From the NCBI GenBank assembly GCA_051294905.1, contig CM119373.1:2730001-2794000 (forward strand): DNA of 64,000 nucleotides, in the 5' to 3' direction. This DNA comes from Botryllus schlosseri (lineage: Eukaryota). The notes under the pieces were generated by a model. The model was given only the letters and a program-made list of their open reading frames with translations, searched no databases and was not told the DNA's origin. Both the position numbers and the translations under genes were made by a program. Positions 14,083 through 26,609 of this stretch are shown here, piece by piece (the stretch's first letter is position 1; the number at the start of each line of letters is the position of its first letter).

Positions 14083-14090
14083 TATATTAA
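14083..14090 (+). promoter_or_regulatory. Candidate TATA-like element of the peptide gene
   Basis: tatattaa about 55-60 nt upstream of the putative first-exon ATG at 14144. Confidence 0.3.
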
Positions 14091-14143
14091 CCGCTTCACA
14101 TCGATCAAGACTTAGCACTGCACTGCACGATAGCACTGCAACG

Positions 14144-14452
14144 ATGCCGAAGTAAGACTGGATTGCGAGTTCCATTCTTTCATATTATGTTTATTTTATC
14201 TTCCGCAGATTCAACAAGCAGATGAGAACCACTCTGATACTTCTTGTCCTAATCGGGCTTGTCCTGCAGGGTCATTGCGGGTTTTTCAGGTGGAATTGGC
14301 GCCGCCATCCCGGCAGAAGGAGGCGCGTAGTCAAAAGGCGCGGGGGATCAGAGGCCATGAGAGAGAGCCCCATACGGGAGAATACGAATGGAACGGATAC
14401 TACGTTATGGAAGACGAAGCCAAGTGATAGTACGGCGAATCCAAGGAGCTAA
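14144..14452 (+). CDS. Secreted cationic Arg/Trp-rich peptide precursor (putative antimicrobial peptide); exons 14144-14151 and 14209-14452
   Basis: Signal peptide MRTTLILLVLIGLVLQGHC followed by GFFRWNWRRHPGRRRRVVKRRG. A 57-nt intron (gtaaga 14152 ... ttttatcttccgcag 14208) joins an upstream ATG in frame (MPKFNKQ-MRTT). A further donor gtaagt lies at 14483. Confidence 0.75.
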
Positions 14453-15084
14453 ATTAGCAAAGGCTTACTATACGAAGAATGAGTAAGTATAAAAGTTACT
14501 GATGCTCAGTCAGGTAAAATTTATCTGCGACTAGCATACAACTTCTAAATGACATCTCAAACGTTAATACCGCCTGCGACAGCTGATTCGCACTCACTTC
14601 GCACGGCTCGATATCCACGCTTGATGTCATGTAGTGTGTTGGCTGTTGGGGTATCGTTTATATTATTTTGCAGTTTCTAAATGATTTCAATCCAAACCAT
14701 CCGTAATATGCACATTAGGTTGTTCAAAATTTGGAAAATGTTTGGACTACTGCGTATCCATGGCTTATTCTGTAAATTATTGTTAAAAAAACAATAATGG
14801 TCCTGAAAGAAGCTCGCAGGAAAGCCAGTAAGATTTGTTTAAATGCGGTTAAAAGTAGCCGTCGGTTAGTGGGCGGGGAATCGAATGAAGTGGGCGATCA
14901 AACAGAAGCCAATAAACTTGATTGGTTGAAGCCCGTAATAATAAGCTACTGATTGGCTGAAATACCGACTTTGTGAAAACTGCTGGTAACGATTTCTGTC
15001 TGCTGTTGTGCAGTCGTTTCTGTTGGTGGCATTGCAGATATGATATATTGCCTTTGTTATTGTTGTCATCGAGAGTCCATAGTA

Positions 15085-16049
15085 GGGGAGATGTGGTACC
15101 GATGGATCACTGGGACCGAAAATACTTGAAACATTCTCCATGATAATTCCATGATTACACTCCGGGAATTTGTCTACAATTGCATGCTGACAGAATCTTT
15201 CCTCACATGCCAAAAAATTCGACCTGCGGGACTTATGGGGTCTGTGACGAATGATATACTTTTTAGGGGGTGTAAAGTAAATTTGGACCGACATTTGCAT
15301 TTTTCTATATCACCTTTCAGACTAACAAACCCGCCATAATTTTTGATGTGAAGTATAAGGCTTGTATCAGGGTATATAATGGCACATATTTTTCGAATCA
15401 ATACCATCCTTGGGTGGACTATTTTCAAGTCAATTACAATATTTATTGGGTGGGGGACCAATGGTATCATTGCCAAATCAAGCAAAATAGATGGGCCAAC
15501 TAATCACTTAACAACAGAAACTCGCCCACATATATAAAAGCTGTAAATCATAGTTACCTGTGGTGTTTTATCGCTATTACGAGGTATTTGAAAGTCAAAA
15601 TGTCGATTTGCGGGTAATATGTATGTGGCATTAATTTTGTAAGTTTAGGCGTAAATCAAAACATGATTTTATGCCAACATTTTTGTTGATATAATCTATT
15701 TTATTCTTGAAGGTCGCGACGAAACATTCTTCATTGGCCTGCTGTAGCTTAGCTTATAGTACACAACAAAACAAGTTAACAAATTTGAGTTTTTACGCGT
15801 ATGCCTCATAGGTCCCATGGTCGTGTGCCTTTGGACCCACCGGGTGGGGACCGATAGCACGTTCGAGCAACAAATTTTAAACGTTTATAACTATTTTTTT
15901 TTGAAAAGGTGGATATTCATGTCAATGTCCGCGATAGGTAGAGCCTGTATCGAAGTGTTGAGACAGCAAAAGATCTGATATTCCCGGCTGAAGATTTGTG
16001 GGCCAGGGATCATTTTACAATTTTTGATCCATCGGTACCACATCTCCCC
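15085..16049 (+). mobile_element. TA-flanked non-autonomous element family G (Tc1/mariner-pogo-like), copy 1
   Basis: TIR GGGGAGATGTGGTACCGATGGATCA flanked by TA; near-identical to 54295-56924. Confidence 0.85.
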
Positions 16050-16405
16050 TACAACATTGCAACCCCCTAAGATATCATCTACCAGCAGAATGTGTATAAC
16101 AGTGTTGCTATGTATTGCACAGGTGCTCTCGATGGTTGCGATACGAATAAATTAGATACATGCATCTTGCTACCTTCGACCTTTCCAAAACTTACTGATA
16201 GTGAGTGAAATTCAAAAACTTCCCACCAGTAGTCAACATCTCAGTAGTAGCCTACTTGTTGTGACTAGCCGACGTCTCACCAATAAACGAACGCATATTA
16301 CACTTTTTATTCACGATTGAATGAAGGAAAAAAGCACCATTTACAAAATATATTCCAAAAAGTACGTTGAAGATCAGGGTTGCATTGTCAGGCACAAGTT
16401 GCAGA

Positions 16406-17290
16406 TTACAGGCTTTTGATTACAGTTGACTTCCTGCTGTCTTCAACTTTCTTCCCATGCTGTTCCACAGCTTTGGAAATTTGTTCATCATGTTCCTTGT
16501 AACTCAATATGTCCTGGATGAATCTCAATTCATTACCGGCTGCATCACGACCGATGCTGCAATCAACCGAGGTAGGGATATAAAAGAGAACTAAAAATAA
16601 ATTTGAGGCGAGGCAGTAGTTCCACTTCTTCAGATTTGTAATGTAACTGATCAGCCCACATGTATGCCTACATCTTCTGAGCATACATAATTGTGCCCAT
16701 CCACTTTGCATGGTGTGTTGCACCAGGTTTGTGATGATGTACGTATATATTCACCTGCACCGAGAAGAGCAGGAGCATAAATCGTACATGGTCTGTAGCC
16801 ATCCCGTGTTAAGAAATCTTTTCTGCTCAGTAGTAGCTTGAAGTTATCAACTGTCATTGCTGCTCGTTCTTCAAAACACATAATAATAGTCATAGTCTTG
16901 AACTGCTCTTTTCTGTCAAGACCGTTTAGGCTTTTCTTAAAGTGGGCATACCATCTGATCACGCAATCTTTCGTGCAGGTTTTGAAGTGATCGCAACGCG
17001 TGTGCGTTATGCATTGTCGCAATTCTCGTTATTTTCCACACTGTCCATACATCAGCCACCACCACATTACATAGTTTACAAGTAGGGGTTGACTTAGGAC
17101 AATGCTCTTTCAGATGCAGAAAGTAACTCATTACATCTAGTATAGTAGGTAATCCCGAGCCACAGATGTAATCGCAAGTATATCCGATTAAGTACTGCTC
17201 AGATTTAGATTTCGTTCTTCGCTGCGGCATGTGTACAATCTTTCGCCGTTTTTCGTCTGCCATTACTGCAATATTGTTGCTCCAAATCAT
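16406..17290 (-). pseudogene. Frameshifted, internally deleted hATm transposase
   Basis: Three overlapping frames. N-terminal YLIG..ICGSGLPTILDVMSYFLHL..VWTVWK..IAT; C-terminal FYIP..AAGNELRFIQDILSY..DEQIS fused to VEQHGKKVEDSRKST. These match recalled hATm motifs; the catalytic core is missing. Confidence 0.65.
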
Positions 17291-17350
17291 AAACTACTGC
17301 TATCGACTCTAAAGCATTCAAAGAACACGTGTTACAGTACTACTAATGAC

Positions 17351-18616
17351 TAGAGGTGGTCATGGTCAGTAACGAAGTACTTCTACTTTTTGGAAGTACT
17401 CAAGTAGTTTTCCTCTACTTCGGGTACTTGCTCAAGTAGATCTGATTTTCTCTACTTCTACTTCTACTTCGTGATATTTTATGATCTACTTACTTACTTT
17501 TCGCTATTTTCAGTTTGTCTAGTAGAAGTAGTCTAATCCGGCAATACGAAAGATAGCCTGAGGAATGTCGAGGCTGTTTTTACGGAGTACCAACATTTAT
17601 TATTTATAAAAGTTAAGTTAAGCCCAGAAACTTTGTTGCGCCTCGCGCACAGTAGTTATGGAGTGACAAATATGTTTTCAAGAAAGTATCAGTTAGTATG
17701 ATTTAGGTACCGGATTGCTTGGCTCCGCTCAAACCGCATTCTCGCCTATATCGAATATTTCATCACCGTAAGCCTAAATATGGCCCACCATAACGTTTGA
17801 AACTACCGTTTTGCAATCTAGCAATTACCTATCATATAATAATCTAGAAGCCCATTACGTGTCTTGCTCATCTGGAAAATCCAGCTTTCCCTCCTGTTTT
17901 AGCAGATCACGTTTGAAGCTTTATGGACAAAAGACATGAAGTATATTTTCCGCTTTTTAGAAGTGGTATTTGTATTTCACTTTCAATTACGAGTATCATA
18001 CTTTCAGTTCTTTTGTCTGCAGAAGATACATGTGGAAGCATAAAAGCAAATGTAGTAATGCCTCTATTTTCCGAAAATAAAGCTACACTAACTATGACTC
18101 TTACGATCCACAATATTTTTTGATAACCTATACTAATCACGCAAAGTGATGTAACCGTATCCGATTCAACTTCTACGTATTGCTCTTTGCCTGAACTTGG
18201 AGCCGTATGATATGGGCGCCATGCCGTGATATTCCCTAAAACGGGGTCTTCTAGTAAACAAAGGGTTAGTATCGCATTTTCATATCAATAATGTAATTTG
18301 CATCCCATGATGCGAAAGAATGCTTATTCTGTCTAAAATTGATACCTCCTGGGATGCATCTATGCGAATCACGCTCTCTGCACCTTCCGCATAGCTCAAT
18401 TCGTAATTTTTGATAATCCATGCGAACGAATTGTAGGGCTGTTTTTATAACTACTTTCTTACTTTAGTAGATTTAAAGTCAGTCAATTCTACTTTTACTT
18501 CAAGTAGTTTTGGGTGGCTTATTGAAGAAGTACTTCTACTCGTACTAGAGTAGATGTTTTCGTCCCTACTTTTACTTCTACTTGACTAGCTTTTTTGACT
18601 ACTTTGACCACCTCTG
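17351..18616 (+). mobile_element. hAT MITE family E (AGTAG/CTACT arrays), copy 1
   Basis: TIR tagaggtggtca / tgaccacctctg; exact TSD CTAATGAC. Confidence 0.9.
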
Positions 18617-19028
18617 CTAATGACTCATCCACCGACAACGCGCTTGTACAGAACTAAAGCCGGTACTAACAGACTCGACCTCAGCAAAACAGACTTTCAA
18701 TTCAGTAAAGCGAAGCACCCGAATCCGAGTCAACTGTTGCAGTAATCATTGAAGCTTAGCCGATTACCCAATCAATAACCGTGCTTTCGTGATTGCCCGC
18801 CTTTTTGCAACTCTGCTGTCGGTGGCCCGCCCACTCTTCAACAACGACTTTCAAATAGAGTTGGGACTTCGGGATCAAATTTGAAATCCCGGGATTCTCG
18901 CTTCTAAATCCCGGGATTCCCTGGGATTAGAAAAGTAGTAAAATACACATACAAGGTACACAAACAACATTTATTCCTTGTAATATTGACCCAAAACATA
19001 AGAGCAGCAAGAGTATCATCGTCTCGAC

Positions 19029-20417
19029 CACGGGTCTCAAACTCAAACTTGCTCGCGGCCGTCGCGGGCCAATTTCGTAGTTTCTGATGACGCGGCGGGC
19101 CGCAGCATCAAATAGAGGTACAATATGTATCTCCAAGTATAGGCCTTATTTGACGGACCTTGCAGACTGGCATTCCATACACATTGTGAAAATGTGATTC
19201 ACAATTGTAATATTCACGTTTGCCGCGAAAAAGTCATATTTTTAAATATTTTTTTGCTTGGCATAATTTGGCAAAATAATGAGTTATAGACAGTTAGACA
19301 CCAGTGTTGGGATGACTCGAGTCACCTTTTTCGTATGACTGGACTTGACTCGAATCACTTTGCTAAAATGACTTGACTTGACTTGACTCGGCCTATCAGA
19401 AATGTGGATTGAATCGTGACTAGGAGCATAATTCACGAGTCAATTTCAAATCATCAAGTAATCGGTGTCGATCAAAAACACTGTATCTCGCATATGTTCG
19501 GATTTTTCGCCAAACGGTGGTGTAACCCGTGAGAGCGACCAATCATTTAATGATCGTGCGTTACACTGAGCCTCGATTTTTCTCTCACAAATAAATTGAC
19601 CGCAAACGAAGTGATTGAAGCTTACAACTTACGTTGTCATAAACTAGTATAGTAAAGTAAATTCTGTTCTCTGTTTTTACATAAACCAAACCTATTGTTT
19701 TATTGAAACTGAATTCGAATATATCTTATATAGTCCTCAATCATTGGCACAGGCTCAAATTGTATCAAATCGATTTGTAAATTCGTAATGTATTGCATCT
19801 TATCAATTCGTATCTATTCACTACCTTGGCTGGTAACTATAAACTGAGGTTTAGCAGTTCTACTTATATATGAGCGATACAGCGCCTTATTACGTGTATA
19901 TTTGACTCTATATTCGTTCATTGGTTCTATATCATTGACCAATCCATCTGTATTTCAGACAGCTAGCAAAATGCAATGACGTTATCATGCTTCATACTTC
20001 GAAAAGGCAACTTGACTTGAATTGGGACTCAACTCGTCACTTGACTTGACTTGACTCGACTTGACTCGAGTCACCTCTAAAAATCGAGTGACTTGACTTG
20101 ACTCAAGTCGAAATGTGCAATGACTCGAAATGACTTGTGACTCGAAGGTAGTGACTTGATCCCAACACTGCTAGAAACCATGCGAGACAACAGTTACATC
20201 ATGTCATCGCAAAAGATGTCGCGCTAACAGTTTGCAGCTAGCGGAGATATGCCACGTGATAGCGATTCGGGCTTTTGAAGTGGCTTTACAGTGAATTTTA
20301 AGTTCTCAAATCCGAAATAAGAAATTCCCAGTTAAATATTGGCGAATACTTGAAATTTCAAAATGCCGACGCAGGCTGCAAAAAATGTTCTCGCGGGCCG
20401 CGTGTTTGAGATCACTG
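19029..20417 (+). mobile_element. Charlie/Buster-type MITE family L nested in K
   Basis: Ends cacgggtctcaaac / gtttgagatcactg; degenerate TSD GTCTCGAC / TTTTAGAC; partial second copy at 39510-39770. Confidence 0.75.
19302..20170 (+). mobile_element. hAT MITE family B, copy 3, nested in L
   Basis: TIR cagtgttgggat / atcccaacactg; TSD TTAGACAC / CTAGAAAC; colinear with 8097-8997. Confidence 0.9.
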
Positions 20418-20678
20418 TTTTAGACGATCAGCCGAGTTTGTGACACTGCTTTATTACCAAAATAAGAGATATGGCGCTACGTAAGCCTTGGTAGATGCTG
20501 TTTATACCCGGGATTTTATTGGGATTAATGCCGGGATCGGGATTGCTTCAACTCCGGGATCCCGGGATCGGGATTTCCCGTAGTCACAACGCTACTTTCA
20601 AATGCATTTAAACAAATCTTACCGACTTACCTGCAAGTTTCTTTCATGCTCATCATTGTTTTTAACAATAATCTACAG

Positions 20679-21797
20679 CAGTGATCGGGAACCTTTTTTG
20701 ACCGAAGAGCCATATTGGCCTAATATTTTCAATTGCAACTCCCAAAGAGCCATACCTGTCAATCAACTGTTACGTCACAATTAGACATCCGTCACGTACT
20801 GGTAGCAGTAATATATGGGATTCGTAGTGTGCACCATATATTTCTGCCCACGTGGATAGGTGGAGGAAAACATGGTCACTACAGCAGTAGATACCAACTG
20901 TGTGATACCTTAGTGACGTGGAATTAGTGGAGGCAAGTGAGGCAGTGCTTCAGATGTCGTCAGGGATGAGTGAAGGAAAATTTTGCAACCTTCAATGGTT
21001 ATGTTTATCTTCTATTGACGTTTATGAATGACTAAATTTTCAACATTTTTATTCCCAAAATCACGGAATTATCATATTTATTGTTCGAAAATAAAGCGCG
21101 ATAAGAGAGGTAAGACTCAGATAGGCAATGGCGAGCCAAGCCTCGCCTTTGACAGTGCAACTCATCGTAAATAGCTTAGAATTTATAATAACCGATATTA
21201 TTGAAATGTAATTGTTGCGCAGAATCTAAAAATCTAAGTATTGATCAACTCCTCAAATATTACATACCTACATTTTTACGGCGGTGCTGAAAAGCTAATA
21301 ACCAATCAAGAAATAGATAGCTTTAGCGTTGTTTTGAATTTGAATTTTTAATTGTGAAAGTTACTTCCAAAAGGCATTTTATTTCTCGGTGTGGATCAGG
21401 AAGACATTGTGTATTTGAAAACTGCAAATTACTACAAGTGTCGCCATATCTGCTATTCTCTTTCGTCAATCAAGGTATCATGCAATCCAATATTTATAAG
21501 CGCACGATGGTTGGTAGATAGAATTCGCGAGTGGTGTTAGTCGACGATGCTACAGCAACTTAATTTAAAAAAAAGGGGGCGGTTTGAGCCCCTAATCCTG
21601 GATACCCCACTGTCTTGACCCCTCAAAGACATGTTTATGCCGCCACGAGAATAATTATCCTCCCTGTCATGAAAATATACTAGCAAGTTGCTGCAATATT
21701 GATAAACAAAGTACCAAATTGAAAATTTCTCAAAGAGCCATATCTTATACCCAAAAGAGCCATACATGGCTCGCGAGCCATAGGTTCCCGACCACTG
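20679..21797 (+). mobile_element. Charlie/Buster-type MITE family F (GAGCCATA motifs), copy 1, inserted in the hATm right TIR
   Basis: TIR cagtgatcgggaacc / ggttcccgaccactg; exact TSD ATCTACAG. Confidence 0.9.
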
Positions 21798-21884
21798 ATC
21801 TACAGAATAAGCCATGGATACGCAGTATTCAAAACATTTTCCAGATTTTGAACAACCCTAATGCCCAGTGCTCACATCTTAGAT

Positions 21885-23328
21885 CAGTGGTTCCCAAACT
21901 TTTTCGGTGTGAGGGCCAAATTTAGAATTTCAGAGTACGGTGGGGGCCGCACGAATACTACGGCTATGAAGCGGACCCAAACAGTCATCATGGCTATTTC
22001 GGAGTAGTTTTATTGCCCTGGCGAGTTTTAAAAACTGTACACTGTTTACCGCTACTTATCTGCTGCATTGGGTGTCCGTTGAGTGAATCAGCTTTTCTCG
22101 TCTAAACGCACGAAGCGCGAGAAATTTCTTTAATTTCATGACTGAATCGGTCAATATGATCGGGAATTGCATGTATTGCTATCAATTTTCATCTTGTCTC
22201 TGTTCACGTAATCTGATTTACCGGTAGAGCTGAGTGAGTTGTGTTTGAAAAGGTATCGGCCCCCTCAATAGGAATTAAACATCTCCGGGGGTATACCCGT
22301 TGGCAGGAACGTAACGGCACTGCGTTAATTCTTGGAGTCGCATGTTACATGCCCTAAAACTTTATATGTCTTGGTGCGTTGTGGTGCGGTCATGGCCAAC
22401 GTTGATATGCCCATTTTTATAAATCTTGCGTATTTTTTCTTGGGGAAGAGTACCCAATAATCAAGATATGGGGTGAATTGAAATAGCGCATAGCGCGAAA
22501 AATTTTTGAGGAAGTTGCATAAATTTTCAAAAAATACTCTATAATTCATGCTAATTCACGAAATAATTTTGGGCCCCCTTCGAGCTCGGCCCCCCTCAAT
22601 TGGGGGGTTTGGGGAGCGGCAGTTACGGCCCTGAATATAGGACTACCAATTATGCTGCTTTTAGCCGACTAAGCAGTATGCATCTCGGCGTATTCAACCG
22701 TGAGTTACCATAAGTCCTCTTCTAAGATGATTTGTCCTCTTTTTTAATTTTTTTAAAGTGTCCTCGGAGAACGACCAAATGTCTTCTTTTTTGAGATTTT
22801 GTCTTCTTTTTTGTGGATTCGGTTACATATAGGGCCAAATTCGACTGATATACATTAAGTCAGCATTGTGGGAACGCTACGGCGGCTATTTCGGGAGCTG
22901 GACCGGAACGTTGACCTTTTTTCAGTCAACCACCTGTTCATGTGAAAAAAAACTGTATTCTCCGGGAGTTGAGCCTCTTTTTCTTTTTTAGTCAAGCGAC
23001 CACGAAGTGGGAAAAATTTACCATTTTTTTCAGGATTTTCCTCCGGTTTTGAAAGTTATCAATACCTATTTATATCTATAGCTACTGCTCGTTCAACTGG
23101 AAAGGCATATTGCATTGAAACAGCAGTGACGTAACGTTAGCAGTCTATACTCACAACTTTCATGCCATTCTGTAATTAAAAACCACAGAGGTCAAGCCAA
23201 GCAAGAGTATTTTATAAATATAAATTTTAATTTTTGTTATAAATCGATTTCCTAATATATTTTGGGGGCCGCAAGAAGGCTGTCTGAGGGCCGCATGCGG
23301 CCCTCGGGGCCGCACTTGGAAATCACTG
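21885..23328. mobile_element. Charlie/Buster-type MITE family M (composite, with fragments of other repeats)
   Basis: Ends cagtggttcccaa / ttggaaatcactg; exact TSD TCTTAGAT. Confidence 0.85.
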
Positions 23329-24167
23329 TCTTAGATGGTCGGATTGGCACTCTTGATGCTGTAGTGGTGAATTGACTATGTCGATTTTCTTCCCCCATTA
23401 TATCACAACTGGATTTTATACTACTTTGTGCTATCCACTAGGGATGGTGTGAACGCGAGGTGAACGTTCGCGTACTGTATGTGAACCTCGGAAATTTAGA
23501 AGTTTACGTTCACAAACGAACCTTGGTATGTTCTGCAGTGTGAACGTCTTTCATATATTACACTTTTTCACTTCATCATAATGTCTTTTATTGAAATACT
23601 TTGCCTTTCGCGTTCGGACCACTCTATGCATGACGCTGGCAGCATCAAAATATCAACACTAAATGAGCATGCACCTTGACAAGCTCAAAAATATCACTTG
23701 ATTTGTTACAAAAGTTTGCTCAAATATTCCTATTCCGTTTGTGAATATTTAGTAAAGTCTCTGCTGTGAGACTGACCCGCTATCACGCAACATCATGAAC
23801 GAAATCAAAAACCGAATCCATGCGATTGGAGTGTTGGCCAACTTGTTTGTGGAGTAATATCGGTAGCAGGTATAGAAACCCGTTTCACACTCAGCTCAAT
23901 ACGAATATGACAATATCAATGTAGCAATGGTCAGATGCCGAATATGTTAGCTGGACTGGCTTGTACCGCTATAAGGTGTGAGCTTATATTCCCTTGCAAG
24001 TCCTCGTCGAAATAGTTGGCAAAGCGATGAAAGATATAGATTTTATGGGAGTATTATAGCATTTACTTGCTCCAGTTGATAAATTTGGCTACGCTTTAAA
24101 AGTCCGTATGTACTTCAGCATTGTGGCATAATGTGGCCTGAGTCGTCGCTATAAGTATCGTGTGCAT

Positions 24168-26609
24168 CAGAGGTCGGGAGCGTATGGCTCGCGAGCCATA
24201 TATGGCTCTTTTGGACGTAAGATATGGCCAAAGGTGGTCAAAGTAGTCAGTTAGAAGTAGTAGAAGTAGAGATGAATAGATCTACTCAAGTACGAGTAAA
24301 AGTACTTCTTCCATGAGCAACTTAAAACTACTTGAAGTAGAAGTAGAATTGACTGACTTTAAATCTACTCCAGTAAGCTAGTAGCTGTGAAATCGATCGT
24401 AATTCGTTCGCATGGGTTGTCAAGAGCTGCAAATTCAGCTATGCGAAAGGTGCAGAGCTTTATTCATATCGATGCATACCAGGAGGTATCCAATTTTCGA
24501 CAGCATACGCATAAGTCCGCATCATGAGATTAAGATGATAGTATTGACATGGAAATGCGATACTAATCCTCTTTCCACTCGAACTGCCAGTTTTACGAAT
24601 TATCATGGTATGGCGCACTCCCCCATATTATAAGGCATGTAGTTTTGTCGCAGAGCAATACGGAGAAGTTGTATCGGATTCGGTGTGAACACTTTGCGCG
24701 ATTAGTTTACGTCAATAAAAATTATTGTGGATTGTAAAAATGACATATTGTGTAGCTTTATTTGCGGAAATTAAAGGCATTACTACACTTGCTTTTACAC
24801 TTCAACATGTGTTCTCCTGACAAAAGAACTGAAACTAATTAGAACTCAAAGTATCTTACTGGTAATTGAAAGAGAAATTGAAATACTACTTCTAAAAGCG
24901 TAAAATGTAATTAATGTCTTTAGTCCAGAAAGTTTCAAAGGTGGTATGCTAAAACAGGTCTAAAGCTAAAAAAAAGTCAGAGTCCACTTTTACAGAGTAG
25001 GACACGCCATGGACTGCTAGATTACGATAAAAGTAAATGCTACATTGCGAAACATCAGTTTCAAACGTTATGATGGGCCATATACTGTGATGAAATATTT
25101 CATATGGGCGACAATGCGGTGTGAACGGAACCACGAAACCCACTACCTAAATTATATTCACCGATACTTTCGTGAAATTATATATGTCACTCGTTATCCA
25201 CTGTTCGCGAAGCGCGACGAAAATTCTGGGCTTTACTCAACTTTTATGAAAATTGAATGATAATACTCCGTGAAAACTGCCACGAAATTCCTCAGGCTAT
25301 CTTCCTGATTGGAAGAATAAGCTACTTCTACTTGACAAACTGAAAATAGCGAAAAGTAAGTAAGTAGATCACAAAATATTACGAAGTAGAAGTAGAAGTA
25401 GCAAAAATCAGATCTACTTGAGTAAGTACCAGAAGTAGAGGAAAACTACTTGAGTACTTCGAAAAAGTAGAAGTAATTCGTTACTGAACACCAGCATTGT
25501 GGCATAATGTGGCCTGCTTCGTCGCTATAGGTATTGTGTACATCTGTGGCTCTTTTGGGTATAAGATATGGCTCTTCGAGAAATCTTTAATTTTGCACCT
25601 AATTTATCAATATTGGAGCAACTTGGATTTTCATTACGGCGAGAATATTTATTCTTGTGGCAGCATGAAGATGTCTCTGAGAGGTCAAGTCAGTGGGGTA
25701 TCCAAGGTTAGGGAATTGCACCACCCTCTTTTCAAAATCCCCAAATTTGAGTTGCTGTCCCAGCGGCTACTAACAGCAGTCGCGAATTCGATCTACCCAC
25801 CATCGCGAGCCTAGAAATCGTGAATTGCACGATCTCTTGAGTGATGAAAAATAATATCAGACGTGGCGATACTAGTAGGACAACGCGGTTTTCAAATACA
25901 CATTGTTTTCTTGATATACACGGAGAAATAAAATGCCTTTGGAAGTGACATTCACAATTACAAATTAAAATTAAAAACAACGCCATAGCCATTTTCTTGA
26001 TTGGTAAGTAGCTTTCTAGCACCGCCGTAAAAATGTAGGTGTGTAAAACAACGTTACTTCGTATATTTTCGAAGTCGATCAATACTTGGATTTTCAGAAT
26101 CAGCGCGACAATTACATCTGATTAATATCAAAGAATATCAATTACATGCTATTTAAGATCAGTTGCGCAGTCACATGTGACGCTTGTCCCGTGTATGCCT
26201 CATCAGAGCATCGGCTCTCCTCTAGCGCTTCATCATGGAACGATAAATATGAGAATTCCGTGATTTTGGAAATTAAAATATTTAAACAATAACCATTGAA
26301 AGGTTCAGAATTTTCCTTCACTGATCCCTGATGACATCTGCGCACTGCCTCACTTACCTCCCCTAACCCCACGTCACTGACGTATCACACGGTGGGTATG
26401 TACTGCTGTAGTGACCCTGTTTGGCTCCACCAACCCATGCAGACAGAAAAATATGGCGCACATTGCGAATCCCCTATATCAGTGCTACGAATACGCCACA
26501 GATGTCCAATTGTGACGTAACAGCTGTTTGACATGTATGGCTCTTTCGGAGTTACAATTTAAAATATAGAGGCAATATGGCTCATCGGTCGAAAAAGCTT
26601 CCCGACCAC
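24168..26609 (-). mobile_element. MITE family F, copy 2 (inverted), nested in A
   Basis: Starts cagaggtcgggagc and ends ttcccgaccac followed by (ACAT)n; reverse-complement homology to 20679-21797. Confidence 0.85.
24229..25491 (-). mobile_element. MITE family E, copy 2 (inverted), nested in F
   Basis: Reverse-complement homology to 17351-18616; the right TIR is clipped. Confidence 0.85.

Larger units (their letters stand above)
18856..20594. mobile_element. hAT MITE family K (CCCGGGAT arrays), hosting two nested MITEs
   Basis: Ends tagagttgggact / agtcacaacgcta; exact TSD CTTTCAAA. Confidence 0.85.
14716..21860 (-). mobile_element. Decayed hATm-type DNA transposon with ~165-bp TIRs, invaded by several MITEs
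   Basis: Left arm 14716-14880 is the reverse complement of a right arm split into ~18825-18855, 20595-20678 and 21798-21860. Termini TAGG(G)TTGTTCAAAAT; TSD ATGCACAT / ATGCCCAG (6/8); transposase remnants inside. Confidence 0.8.

Noticed and set aside
15174..15485. Similar ORFs here and at 56008-56307 suggesting a gene family
   Set aside because: The similarity comes from two copies of the non-coding element G.
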